NCBI GenBank assembly: GCA_963675915.1
Contig: OY780959.1
Coordinates: forward strand, 1,860,001-1,892,000
Direction: 5' to 3'
DNA: 32,000 nucleotides
Source of the DNA: Coprobacillaceae bacterium
GTDB taxonomy: Bacteria > Bacillota_I > Bacilli_A > Erysipelotrichales > Coprobacillaceae
Positions 9,318-18,327 of this stretch are shown piece after piece; position 1 is the stretch's first letter, and the number at the start of each line of letters is the position of its first letter. The notes below the pieces were generated by a model. The model saw only the letters and a list, made by a program, of their open reading frames with translations. It did not search any database and was not told the origin of the DNA. The translations under genes and the position numbers were made by a program.

Positions 9318-10358
9318 CTAATTTTCCTCTCTGTTAAACTGCGTCAAAAAGCGAACATCGTTATTGTAGAAATCACGAATATTATCAATTCCGTATTTCA
9401 ACATCGCAACCCTTTCGATTCCGATCCCGAAAGCGAATCCCTGATATTTTTTCGGATCGAATCCACTCATTTCCAGAACTTTCGGATTTACCATTCCGGC
9501 ACCCAGAATCTCAATCCATCCGGTATGCTTGCAGATTGGGCAACCGGCTCCCCCACAGTTGTTGCAGCTTACATCAACTTCAACTGAAGGTTCGGTGAAT
9601 GGGAAATATGAAGGACGAAGACGAATCGCTCTTTTTTCACCAAACAGCTGTTTGACGAAAACTTCAAGAGTTCCTTTAAGATCGGCCATTGTGATGTTTT
9701 CATCAACCACAATCCCCTCGCACTGCATGAACTGATGAGAATGCGTTGCATCATCATCATCACGGCGATAAGTTTTACCCGGACAGATAACCTTGATTGG
9801 TCCTTTTCCTTCTGCTTTGATCATGGTTCTCGCTTGAACCGGCGAAGTATGTGTTCTCAGCAATGTTTGCGGATCAATATAGAATGTATCCTGCATATCT
9901 CTGGCTGGGTGACCCTGAGGCAGGTTCATCAATTCAAAGTTGTAATAATCCGATTCCACTTCGGGACCTTCGGCAATCTGATAACCCATTCCCAAGAAGA
10001 TATCTTCCAACTCGTTAACCACATGGGTCAATGGATGCAAAGAACCTGGCATAACCCGGTAACTTGGCAATGTGATATCAATGAATTCACTGGCAATCTT
10101 CAGATCGACCGCCTTTTTCTCAAGTGCCGCTTTCGCTTCCTCGATTGCTTCACCGATGCTTTGTTTCACTTCATTGGAAATCTTACCGAATGCAATCCGT
10201 TGTTCCTTATCCATATCCTTCATCGATTTCATCGCATTTTGAATCGGACCTTTTTTCCCCAAATAGTGAACTCTTATGTCATTCAACTCTTTCAAATCCT
10301 GAACAATCGCAATTTTATCAAGAGCCTCTTTGGCGATTTGTGTTAATTTATCCATCAT
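9318..10358 (-). CDS. pheS: Phenylalanine--tRNA ligase alpha subunit
   Basis: 346 aa with class II motifs ([37 protein letters not shown]). The RBS GGAGG lies upstream of the start. Confidence 0.95.
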   Translation of the reverse strand: MMDKLTQIAKEALDKIAIVQDLKELNDIRVHYLGKKGPIQNAMKSMKDMDKEQRIAFGKISNEVKQSIGEAIEEAKAALEKKAVDLKIASEFIDITLPSYRVMPGSLHPLTHVVNELEDIFLGMGYQIAEGPEVESDYYNFELMNLPQGHPARDMQDTFYIDPQTLLRTHTSPVQARTMIKAEGKGPIKVICPGKTYRRDDDDATHSHQFMQCEGIVVDENITMADLKGTLEVFVKQLFGEKRAIRLRPSYFPFTEPSVEVDVSCNNCGGAGCPICKHTGWIEILGAGMVNPKVLEMSGFDPKKYQGFAFGIGIERVAMLKYGIDNIRDFYNNDVRFLTQFNREEN

Positions 10359-10371
10359 TTTTCCTCCTAAA

Positions 10372-10585
10372 ATAAAAAAACGCTCCTATTTATAGGAACG
10401 AAATAATCGCGGTACCATCCTACTTCACAGCCTGAAAACAGGTTGCGCGCTTGATTACTGTAACGTAGCTAACGGCGGTGATTAGCCGCACTCAGTGGTG
10501 AATTCAACATATTCATGCAGGAATTCTCAGCACCATTCCCTCTCTTGAGCATTACCTATATCTACTAGTCCACGTCATCGATTTG
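10372..10585 (-). promoter_or_regulatory. T-box riboswitch leader controlling pheS-pheT (Phe, UUC specifier)
   Basis: Reading the minus strand gives these elements. There is a stem-I AGAGAG/GA motif. The specifier context is GAAUUCA with UUC at 10502-10500. The T-box sequence AGGATGGTACCGCG lies at 10421-10408, and its UGGU bulge fits an A73 discriminator. The terminator CGTTCCTAT-AA-ATAGGAGCG plus a T-run lies at 10400-10375. Confidence 0.9.
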
Positions 10586-10591
10586 TACCCT

Positions 10592-10619
10592 ATTATAACA
10601 AATATTACTTAAATTTCAA
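10592..10619 (-). promoter_or_regulatory. Sigma-A type promoter of the pheST T-box leader
   Basis: Minus strand has TTGAAA (10619-10614), a 16-nt spacer ending in TGT, then TATAAT (10597-10592). Confidence 0.7.
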
Positions 10620-10693
10620 GACAAACTTGGCGATTGTGCCTGATTATTCGCCACTTTTTCAATCCCCCGGGACCCGTGGGTCCCGCTTGGGAT

Positions 10694-11407
10694 TTATTTG
10701 AAATGATACATCATAATACTTCCGGCAATTGCAACATTCAACGATTCGATTTTTTCAATCTCGATATAACCGATTTCATCACATAAAGCCAGAATTTCAG
10801 GATTCATGCCGTTACCCTCGTTACCGACGATATAGGCCATCTTAAGACTCTTTTCCAATTGGTCGAGCGGTTTGCCCCCTTCGAGTGCCGAACCGACGAC
10901 CTTGACGCCTTGACTCCTTAGCGCCCCGATAACCTCGCTAAGATCCCTGATTAAAATCGGCATCTTGAAATGAGCTCCCTGCATTGAACGGAGCATCTTG
11001 TCATTATAGAGATCAACCGTATTTGGCGACATGATCACCTGATCAATTCCCAGGGCCAGAGCGGTTCTAACCAAAGTTCCGATATTCCCAGGATCCTGAA
11101 GGTCATCAAGCAACAAATAGCGGTTGCCCTCGACCAAATCACTGCTGTTGTCTTTTTTGACCCGGGCCATGATTTTTTGGGGACTCTTGGTAAAAGCTAG
11201 TTTTTTCATCAGTTCTTCAGTAATCGTGAAAACCGGAATCTCGCTTTCAACCCCCTCATCCGAGGTGATGATCAAATCGCAGCGATTATTGGCAATGGCA
11301 TCCTCAACCAGATGGTCACCTTCGACAAGGTAATGGGTATCCCGGTATTTTTTCTGCTTGAGTTTCATCAATTCCTTGAAAGTGCTGTTGCTTGAAGATG
11401 TTATCAT
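10694..11407 (-). CDS. TrmH/SpoU-family RNA 2'-O-methyltransferase (YsgA/RlmB-like)
   Basis: 237 aa with an N-terminal L30e-like substrate-binding region and SPOUT motifs (LLLDDLQDPGNIGTLVRTA, YIVGNEGNGM, LNVAIAGSI). Its position upstream of pheS matches B. subtilis ysgA. Confidence 0.85.
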   Translation of the reverse strand: MITSSSNSTFKELMKLKQKKYRDTHYLVEGDHLVEDAIANNRCDLIITSDEGVESEIPVFTITEELMKKLAFTKSPQKIMARVKKDNSSDLVEGNRYLLLDDLQDPGNIGTLVRTALALGIDQVIMSPNTVDLYNDKMLRSMQGAHFKMPILIRDLSEVIGALRSQGVKVVGSALEGGKPLDQLEKSLKMAYIVGNEGNGMNPEILALCDEIGYIEIEKIESLNVAIAGSIMMYHFK

Positions 11408-12048
11408 ATTCTTACTTCCTTTAACTTTTCTTTATGAATTTTATAGTCAGGCATCCTTGAAGCCACTTCATTCCAGAATTCCTTGGAGTGGTTCGGATGT
11501 TTGATATGGGATATTTCGTGATAAAAAACATAATCAATGACATTGAGTGACAGAAACGCCAGTTCGACATTGAAGGCCAAATCATGATATTTCACATTAC
11601 AGGAACCCCACTTCGATTTGTATTTCCGGATGGTCAATTTCCGGATTCCAATGCGGTTCTCATTCAATTTGGCGATGATATATGCTCCTAACTGCTTGCG
11701 GGCAAAACTGTAGATCTGATTCTCAAAGTCATTTTGGTCAACAACCAATCTCCCGGAACCGATCCGGGGACTTTTGATGTGATTTTGGAATTCAAGCACA
11801 TATTCGCGACCGAGCACGGTTATGACCTTCCCGGGTTCGAACCGTCTTTTGACAATACTTTGGTTGTTGATTGCCAAAATGATCTTCTTTTCATTGTCCC
11901 GGACCAGTTTTTCAATGCTGCGAACTGGATAATTATAAGGTGCAGAAACCCTGATGATGCCATCACGAACCTTGACATTGACGTTGACGCTGTTGCGGCG
12001 GTAAGTTATCACCAGCAGGTATTGTTTTCCCGCGAGGGTTGTCATCAT
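11404..12048 (-). CDS. DUF45 / YgjP-like (M48-type) metal-dependent hydrolase
   Basis: The motif HEISHIKHPNHSKEFWNEV...PDYK is present. I chose the ATG at 12048 (MMTTLAGK...), which begins just after the upstream gene's stop at 12053. The longer ORF to 12153 would overlap that gene by 100 nt. There is an ATGA overlap with the TrmH gene. Confidence 0.75.
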   Translation of the reverse strand: MMTTLAGKQYLLVITYRRNSVNVNVKVRDGIIRVSAPYNYPVRSIEKLVRDNEKKIILAINNQSIVKRRFEPGKVITVLGREYVLEFQNHIKSPRIGSGRLVVDQNDFENQIYSFARKQLGAYIIAKLNENRIGIRKLTIRKYKSKWGSCNVKYHDLAFNVELAFLSLNVIDYVFYHEISHIKHPNHSKEFWNEVASRMPDYKIHKEKLKEVRI

Positions 12049-12052
12049 CTTC

Positions 12053-12496
12053 TTAACCAAATTTGACCAACCCCTTTTCTTTGATTTCCTGGTAACCCTT
12101 GCGTAGTGCCAGATAGATTGCCACCCCGATAAAGTTATAGAAGTAAAGATCAAGCGGATGCAAGATCAACAACACTATGATTGCAAGCACCGTCACAGCA
12201 ATTGCCAGGGAAACCACTTGACGGTCCTTGAATTTGATATATCGGTATTTTTGAGCAACCAGATTGTCGAATATCTCGACAAAGGCTTCCATCACGACAT
12301 AATTCAACAGCCATAAAAGCAACAAATATGCCAACGTATAGAAATTATTGAATAACAAGCGTTGGAGCGCCCGGAAATAGCCGATTTGATAGTATGAAGC
12401 GATAGTGATCAAATTGGCCGCCACGGCTATTGCCAGTGCCGCTAAGATATTAAAAGCCAGATACACTAAGGCCATCTTTTCTTTTAGTTTATTCAC
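12053..12496 (-). CDS. Hypothetical polytopic membrane protein (about 4 TM), no family recognised
   Basis: 147-aa ORF that is strongly hydrophobic. It has an 8-nt overlap with the upstream gene and is tightly followed by the DUF45 gene. Confidence 0.6.
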   Translation of the reverse strand: MNKLKEKMALVYLAFNILAALAIAVAANLITIASYYQIGYFRALQRLLFNNFYTLAYLLLLWLLNYVVMEAFVEIFDNLVAQKYRYIKFKDRQVVSLAIAVTVLAIIVLLILHPLDLYFYNFIGVAIYLALRKGYQEIKEKGLVKFG

Positions 12497-13325
12497 TTTG
12501 GCTTACCTCCCTGAAATCAAGTTTTACCACCTGGCGGCTCTCACCTTGCTTCAAGATTACAGCCACCGACAACGGCCGTTTGGCGATTACAGCCTCATCA
12601 CTGGTAAAGCGATAAAGACCATAAGTCTTGTTGGCGAGGATTTCGTCAGGAGTCCCTTCGATCCGACGGAACACCATATAGGAATTGTTGTCGTCACGGT
12701 CCATCTCATCATCAATTAGATAGCGGTACTCCAGCACAATCGAATCGTAGTCCGAGACATCCAGGGATGTAGCCAGAAAACCAAGGCGCAAAAAATCGGA
12801 AGTCAGGCTGACATTTTCCATGCGCATCACCTTGTTATCGGCAATGAGCCTTTTTGACGGACTCATCTGCAACTCGATGGATGCGATCATCTCTTCACCG
12901 GAAAAAATTTCGGCGTCAACCGAGGTTAGTGATTCCGGCAGGTCAAACCCGTCGCTTGAAGGGCTGAAATAATAAGTTTGTCTTGCTGTAGAATAGACAA
13001 ACTCACTGATTTCGACAGCACTTCCATCATTGAAGCCCAACTGCAATGAGTAAGTCGAACCCTCTTCAAAACCGGACGCATCGATTATCTTTAAGACCGA
13101 TACCGAAAAGCTGCTGGTATTTTGATCCTGATATATATTTAAATCGCTGATTGTAAAAGAATTATTGATATCTGTATTTTCAACTGTGTAATCATATCTG
13201 ATTGCGCCCGAAAAGGTATGGAACCGATATAGCGGGAAAAGGCTGTTCATAATTAATGCGATAACAGCGCAAGAAATGATTGCAAGCAGGATATTTATGT
13301 TTATGTATTTTTTCATCTTGTTCAC
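12489..13325 (-). CDS. Hypothetical N-terminally anchored extracytoplasmic protein, no family recognised
   Basis: 278 aa with a signal-anchor (ININILLAIISCAVIALIMNSLF) followed by an acidic, Ser/Thr/Asp-rich, beta-type domain. It is the first gene of the unit. Confidence 0.6.
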   Translation of the reverse strand: MNKMKKYININILLAIISCAVIALIMNSLFPLYRFHTFSGAIRYDYTVENTDINNSFTISDLNIYQDQNTSSFSVSVLKIIDASGFEEGSTYSLQLGFNDGSAVEISEFVYSTARQTYYFSPSSDGFDLPESLTSVDAEIFSGEEMIASIELQMSPSKRLIADNKVMRMENVSLTSDFLRLGFLATSLDVSDYDSIVLEYRYLIDDEMDRDDNNSYMVFRRIEGTPDEILANKTYGLYRFTSDEAVIAKRPLSVAVILKQGESRQVVKLDFREVSQSE

Positions 13326-13504
13326 CTTCTAACATTATACACAGTTTGCCAAAATTTTCCAACCGTGAAAGAATTTAATCGAAATTTCACCGATGAAAAA
13401 AACCTCTAATCATGCGACTTTTTTATCATATCCAACGCATATTTTCACAAATTTATAAATATATCAAATATATTTTCTCGATTCCTAAAAAAACGCAATA
13501 TTTC

Positions 13505-13533
13505 TTGTAATTTGTGTTAAAAAGTGGTATTGT
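13505..13533 (+). promoter_or_regulatory. Candidate promoter of the aspartate kinase gene
   Basis: TTGTAA (13505-13510), a 17-nt spacer ending in TGG, then TATTGT (13528-13533). GGAGG lies 8 nt before the ATG. Confidence 0.45.
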
Positions 13534-13565
13534 AGGTGCATATTTAGGTTGGAGGTCCTTATTTA

Positions 13566-14888
13566 ATGAAAAAAATAGTAAAGTTTGGTGGTTCATCACT
13601 TGCTGATGCGAATCAATTCAAAAAAGTGTACGATATCGTCACTAGCGATGAAAGCCGTCATTATGTTGTACCTAGTGCCCCAGGTCGCCGTTTTGATGGA
13701 GATATAAAAGTAACTGATTTATTGTATGATGCTTATTACGCTGATGATGAAGCATCTTTCAACAAAACTTTTAAAGATATCAAAGAAAGATACAACAGTA
13801 TCATTTCAGGATTGGATCTTGACTTGTCTTTGGAAGAAGAGTACAAAACAATCGAAAAGAACTTCAAAAACAAAGTTGGAGTCAACTACGCAGCCAGCCG
13901 TGGTGAATACCTTAACGGGATCATCTTGGCAAACTATCTGGGATTCGATTTCATCGATCCAGCTACTTGCATCTATATCGACAGTTCAGGTAACTACGAT
14001 TACAAAAAAACCGATACTTTATTGGCACAAACATTACAACGTCATGAATATGCGGTAATCCCTGGTTTCTATGGTCAGGCTAATGATGAATCAGGATCTA
14101 TCCAGACTTTCTCTCGTGGAGGATCGGACGTAACCGGATCAGTAATCGCTAGAAACTCTGATGTGGATCTTTACGAAAACTGGACTGACGTATCAGGATG
14201 TCTGATTGCCGACCCTCGTGTTGTCCTTAATCCAGAAACAATCGAAACAATCACTTACAAAGAATTACGCGAATTATCATACATGGGTGCCAGCGTATTG
14301 CATGAAAACTCAATTTTCCCAATCCGCTCACAAGGTATCCCTATCGTAATCAAAAATACCAACCGTCCTCAAGACAAAGGTACTTTGATTGTTGAATCCA
14401 CTTGCCACAAACCTAGTCATATCATTACCGGAATCGCTGGTAAAAAAGACATGGCTACAATCATGATTGAAAAAGACATGATGAATGCGGAAATCGGATT
14501 CGGTCGTAAAGTTCTTCAAGTATTGGAAGAAAACGGACTGTCTTTCGAACATATGCCTTCAGGTATCGATACCATGACAATTGTCGTGAATACCAAAGAC
14601 TTTATCGAAAAAGAACAAAATGTCATCGCCGGAATCCACCGTGCTGTCAACCCAGACTCAATCACGCTGGAATCAGGTCTTGCCTTAATCGCCATCGTGG
14701 GACGCGGTATGCGTGATGGCCGCGGTACTGCTGCCAAAGTATTCACTGCAATGGCTAATTCAAATATCAACGTGAAAATGATCGACCAAGGTTCATCAGA
14801 GTTGAACATCATCGTTGGGGTCAAAAATGTCCACTTTGAAAAAGCAATCAATGCAATCTACGATGAATTCATTACAAAAGAAGCCTAG
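13566..14888 (+). CDS. Aspartate kinase (monofunctional, with C-terminal ACT domains)
   Basis: 440 aa: MKKIVKFGGSSLA, VVPSAPGRRFDGDIKVTDLL, SRGGSDVTGS, and a C-terminal ACT pair (IAIVGRGM...). Confidence 0.9.
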   Translation: MKKIVKFGGSSLADANQFKKVYDIVTSDESRHYVVPSAPGRRFDGDIKVTDLLYDAYYADDEASFNKTFKDIKERYNSIISGLDLDLSLEEEYKTIEKNFKNKVGVNYAASRGEYLNGIILANYLGFDFIDPATCIYIDSSGNYDYKKTDTLLAQTLQRHEYAVIPGFYGQANDESGSIQTFSRGGSDVTGSVIARNSDVDLYENWTDVSGCLIADPRVVLNPETIETITYKELRELSYMGASVLHENSIFPIRSQGIPIVIKNTNRPQDKGTLIVESTCHKPSHIITGIAGKKDMATIMIEKDMMNAEIGFGRKVLQVLEENGLSFEHMPSGIDTMTIVVNTKDFIEKEQNVIAGIHRAVNPDSITLESGLALIAIVGRGMRDGRGTAAKVFTAMANSNINVKMIDQGSSELNIIVGVKNVHFEKAINAIYDEFITKEA

Positions 14889-14903
14889 GAAGGCTTCTTT
14901 TTT
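14878..14903 (+). terminator. Rho-independent terminator of aspartate kinase
   Basis: AGAAGCC-TAGGAA-GGCTTCT followed by TTTTT. The hairpin includes the TAG stop. Confidence 0.75.
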
Positions 14904-14925
14904 CAGTTTATTAAGATGGCGATTT

Positions 14926-16233
14926 TCAGCTTCGTTGTTTTCCCTCTTGGATATTTGAGAAAGACATACCCAAAACTATCCAAAATAATGGTAAGACCAT
15001 AAGCACATCATTAGTGAAAAAAGCCTGAACCAGATAAGTAAATATCATAATAAAAAACAAAAAGGTTTTTTCGTTTTTCCATTTACGGAAGATGAAATAA
15101 GATAAAAATACAAGATAACTAAGCAACGCGGGGATTCCTGCCGAAACTGCCAAATCCAAATAAATATTATCGGACTTACCTATAACAGTGTTGCCCAGAT
15201 GAACGCCATAGTAAATTAAATTATCCAGTCCCACCCCAAATGACCAATGTTCAAATATTATTGGAATAACTTGCTTCCATATTGACATTCGATTTGATCC
15301 AGCACTACTTTTTAACTGTAGACCATCAGAAACATTTTGAGATACTGTTGATAATCTTGAATACAACGCCCCATCTTTGGTTAACATCAATATGGCTGTT
15401 ACAAATCCTAATGCTAAAATAGCTACTATAAACCATTTTCGATATTCTTTTTTTTTCAGATAATAGTAAGCCATGATTACCATTGTGATAGCAAATGCAA
15501 TCCAGCTCCCTCTCGTACCTGATACTATCATTCCAGTGTAGATAAGGATTGAAGACAATAACCATGTCTTTTTCTTATCCACAATAAAAAAGTGAATACT
15601 GGCCGGGACTATAAAAACACAATATGCGGCTAAGTAATTATGGTGCCCGATTGTCCCGTAAGGACGATAATTGTCCTTGAAGTTTTCATGTGGAACAATA
15701 TTAAAATTAAAATATTGAAACAGTGAAATAAGTCCAATTATCGAAGCTGTAATAATCATATATTTTAATAATTTCCTTTTATCTTCAACTTTATAAGCCA
15801 CAAAAAAGAGAACTATACTGAAGATCCATGTAATCAATCCAGTGAACCATGCTGTTGATAAAAGCACCAAATTGTTCTCATCACCTCCTAGTGGTATAAC
15901 TTTCAGCCCAAATAAACCATTCACGGAAGTAAAGATATCTTTGGAAGTTACAGTTGCTATAATTAGACATAAAACATATATGATCAATGGAATATAGGCC
16001 CATATAAATTTTTTTTCAAAATTCTTATAAACACAATAAATAGAAATACACCCTAGAATCACTAATAATAGATATCTTGGAAAATAGAAATATCCCCAGC
16101 GATTTGGAATCACTAGTAGTGGAAATATGGTAAACATGATAAAGATGATAAATTTCATCATGTTGGTGACATCAAAATCCCCAATGATAATTTCCTTTTT
16201 ATACCAAATTTTCTTAGATTCGTCATTACTCAT
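14926..16233 (-). CDS. O-antigen ligase / Wzy_C-family polytopic membrane protein
   Basis: There are about 10-12 TM helices, SGTRGSWIAF in a loop, then SNRMSIW...FGVGLDN...DNIYLDLAVSAGI, which fits the Wzy_C pattern. The start is taken at ATG 16233 (MSNDESKK...), preceded by GGGGGG. The gene is visibly AT-richer (sampled lines 25-35% GC) than its neighbours. Confidence 0.7.
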   Translation of the reverse strand: MSNDESKKIWYKKEIIIGDFDVTNMMKFIIFIMFTIFPLLVIPNRWGYFYFPRYLLLVILGCISIYCVYKNFEKKFIWAYIPLIIYVLCLIIATVTSKDIFTSVNGLFGLKVIPLGGDENNLVLLSTAWFTGLITWIFSIVLFFVAYKVEDKRKLLKYMIITASIIGLISLFQYFNFNIVPHENFKDNYRPYGTIGHHNYLAAYCVFIVPASIHFFIVDKKKTWLLSSILIYTGMIVSGTRGSWIAFAITMVIMAYYYLKKKEYRKWFIVAILALGFVTAILMLTKDGALYSRLSTVSQNVSDGLQLKSSAGSNRMSIWKQVIPIIFEHWSFGVGLDNLIYYGVHLGNTVIGKSDNIYLDLAVSAGIPALLSYLVFLSYFIFRKWKNEKTFLFFIMIFTYLVQAFFTNDVLMVLPLFWIVLGMSFSNIQEGKQRS

Positions 16234-16398
16234 ATGATTTATACCCCCCCATTTTTTTGAGAACATCAACAGCAAAATGCCGAGTAATATTCACATAGTC
16301 ACATTATACCCTCAAATCCAACTATGGGTCAATATAGTATCTACCCTAGTCATAGATAATTATAGATATATATTGAAATTGTTTATTATAAATAATGT

Positions 16399-16443
16399 AA
16401 AAAAAGGCAGCCCATTATCCGGTTCATCCAGTAATGGAACTGC
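16399..16443 (-). terminator. Terminator after the Na/Pi cotransporter gene
   Basis: Long imperfect hairpin GCAGTTCCATTACTGG-ATGAA-CCGGATAATGGGCTGC followed by TTTTTT on the minus strand. Confidence 0.55.
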
Positions 16444-16472
16444 TTTATTACTCTATATATTTTAGATGCGAG

Positions 16473-18113
16473 TTATGCTAAATCACCTTTTATGTTTGAA
16501 ATGCTTTCGCTGATTGACTGACAGTAGTCTCCGATTCTTTCAATCAAAGCAGTAGTGTCATCGTAAAGCGAGTTAATTACATTTGTAGTTTCAATTTTAT
16601 TAAGTACCCGATGGACATGGGCATCTTTGAAATGTGAATACATTGAATCCAGACTAGATTCACCTGCATCAATTTCATTTACCAAATCCTGGTTATAGTC
16701 AAGGTAAACATTCTTGGTTTTTTCAACCAGATCAACTGCCACATCCATTAATTGGCTGATTTCCTGGCGGGTTTCCGTGTTCATTGTTTCGTTTGAATCA
16801 TTCATTTGTTCAAATAATCCTACCAAGCGGAAACTGATATCAGAAAGCAACTCGAAGTCTTTGATGATTTTCATTGAATTCACGTACATGATTACAGTTT
16901 TATCATCAAACTTCTCATGGGGAATATTGGCCATATAGCTGGTCAATTTCTTTTCCATCAGGTTGATGGCGTTTTCCAATTCCTGAGCGCTATCTGCCTT
17001 ATTTTGAACCTTTGATTCGAAATATGATTTCGTCGTAGCAGTCAGTTCGTAAGTCAACGCTCCCATTTTTTCAATCTGTTCAGTTGCCAGTTGCAATGAA
17101 GCTTCCGGGAAAAGTCCCACTACATCTTCATCAAGTGTAGAAAGATCAACCTCGACTTCGTAATCCTTGCGCTTGATCAGACGTTTGATCAATCTCTCAT
17201 TAGTATGAATCAAAGGATACATGATGATTGTAGTTGAAAGGTTGAATATCCCATGGGCCATCGCCAAGGACATTTCCGGAGATAGATTCAGCGATCCCGC
17301 CAAATGTCTTATCAGCATGGTAAATGGGGCAATGATAATCATAAATAGCGTGGCGCCAAAAACGTTGAAGATAACGTGGTATGATGCCGCCCGCTTCGCA
17401 GATGTTGAACCACCAATTGAAGCCAACACTGCTGTAATAGTTGTACCGATTTCACAACCGAATACAAAAGGAAGGGAAATTCCTAAAGTAAGGGCTCCAA
17501 CTCCGTACATCTGTTGGATGATGGCAATTACGGCAGATGACGATTGGATAGCCATTGTCATCCCTGCTCCTCCAAAGAGAGCCAAAATCGGATTAGCGGC
17601 TAATATTTCCGTTGCCTGCGTGAATTCAGGAACTTGTGAGATCATCTTAAGATTATGTCCCATCAATTCCAGACCGTAGAACAACGCTCCAAATCCAAAT
17701 AAAACCTGGCCAAAATACTTAACTCGTTTTCTTGATGAAAACATTAATAAGATTGCACCTAAAATAATGAAATACACCGCGTATTTCGAAATTTTCAAAC
17801 CAACGATGAATGCAGTAATCGTAGTACCGATATTGGCACCCATAATTACCCCGATCCCTTGTGGGAAGGTCATTAATCCCGATCTAATTAATCCAATTGT
17901 CAAGGCTGTCGTTCCTGATGATGACTGTATCAAACAGGTGATTACCGTTCCGACAATTATTCCGTGTAATGGGGTTTTAGTATAACGATCAATGATGTCT
18001 TTCAAACCATCTCCGGCGAAAGCTTTCAATCCGTTCCCCATATAATCGATCCCGAACAGGAAGAGACCAAGTCCTCCCAGTATCAAAGGCCACTCGATTT
18101 GTCCTAGTGTCAT
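16473..18113 (-). CDS. Na+/phosphate cotransporter family protein with C-terminal PhoU-like domain
   Basis: 546 aa with duplicated Na_Pi_cotrans repeats (QSSSGTTALTIG / QSSSAVIAIIQ) and a helical, acidic C-terminal domain. Confidence 0.85.
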   Translation of the reverse strand: MTLGQIEWPLILGGLGLFLFGIDYMGNGLKAFAGDGLKDIIDRYTKTPLHGIIVGTVITCLIQSSSGTTALTIGLIRSGLMTFPQGIGVIMGANIGTTITAFIVGLKISKYAVYFIILGAILLMFSSRKRVKYFGQVLFGFGALFYGLELMGHNLKMISQVPEFTQATEILAANPILALFGGAGMTMAIQSSSAVIAIIQQMYGVGALTLGISLPFVFGCEIGTTITAVLASIGGSTSAKRAASYHVIFNVFGATLFMIIIAPFTMLIRHLAGSLNLSPEMSLAMAHGIFNLSTTIIMYPLIHTNERLIKRLIKRKDYEVEVDLSTLDEDVVGLFPEASLQLATEQIEKMGALTYELTATTKSYFESKVQNKADSAQELENAINLMEKKLTSYMANIPHEKFDDKTVIMYVNSMKIIKDFELLSDISFRLVGLFEQMNDSNETMNTETRQEISQLMDVAVDLVEKTKNVYLDYNQDLVNEIDAGESSLDSMYSHFKDAHVHRVLNKIETTNVINSLYDDTTALIERIGDYCQSISESISNIKGDLA

Positions 18114-18327
18114 ATAATCACTCTCCTACCCATACATTATATAAGCATATATTCACAAATGTAAAGAAAAAATGCTGAAAAATTAACCGTTTTTTTATGT
18201 TTGAAAATACTTGAGAGAAATCTTCATCATTTTGGTTGTTTTTCGGCATTAAAATACAAAAAAAGAGCCTTTCAGCTCTATATTTTTTAGTTGATTTTAA
18301 CAAATATCTCTTAGATATCTGTTCGCA

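Noticed and set aside
9529-10375. ORFs overlapping pheS in other frames or on the opposite strand (9529-9735, 9569-9763, 9735-10346, 10124-10375).
   Set aside because: They are nested in pheS or in the T-box leader and have no independent signals. The same applies to the many small ORFs inside pheT (7055-9235).
12049-12153. Longer version of the DUF45 ORF starting at 12153.
   Set aside because: It would overlap the upstream membrane-protein gene by about 100 nt. The extra residues (MIFTSITLSGWQSIWHYARV...) do not look like part of the family. The ATG at 12048 directly follows the upstream stop.
13326-13565. Possible lysine (L-box) riboswitch or T-box upstream of aspartate kinase.
   Set aside because: The 240-bp region is AT-rich, with only promoter-like hexamers. 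I could find no L-box core helices, no T-box GGTGGTACCGCG-like element and no terminator/antiterminator pair.
16277-16465. 62-aa plus-strand ORF in the gap between the Wzy_C-like gene and the Na/Pi transporter gene.
   Set aside because: It has no RBS, implausible composition, and overlaps the transporter's terminator hairpin.
14926-16472. Calling the AT-rich Wzy_C-like region a horizontally acquired genomic island.
   Set aside because: Low GC is a general property of wzy/waaL-type polytopic membrane genes. There are no flanking direct repeats, tRNA, integrase or additional cargo genes, so composition alone is not enough.
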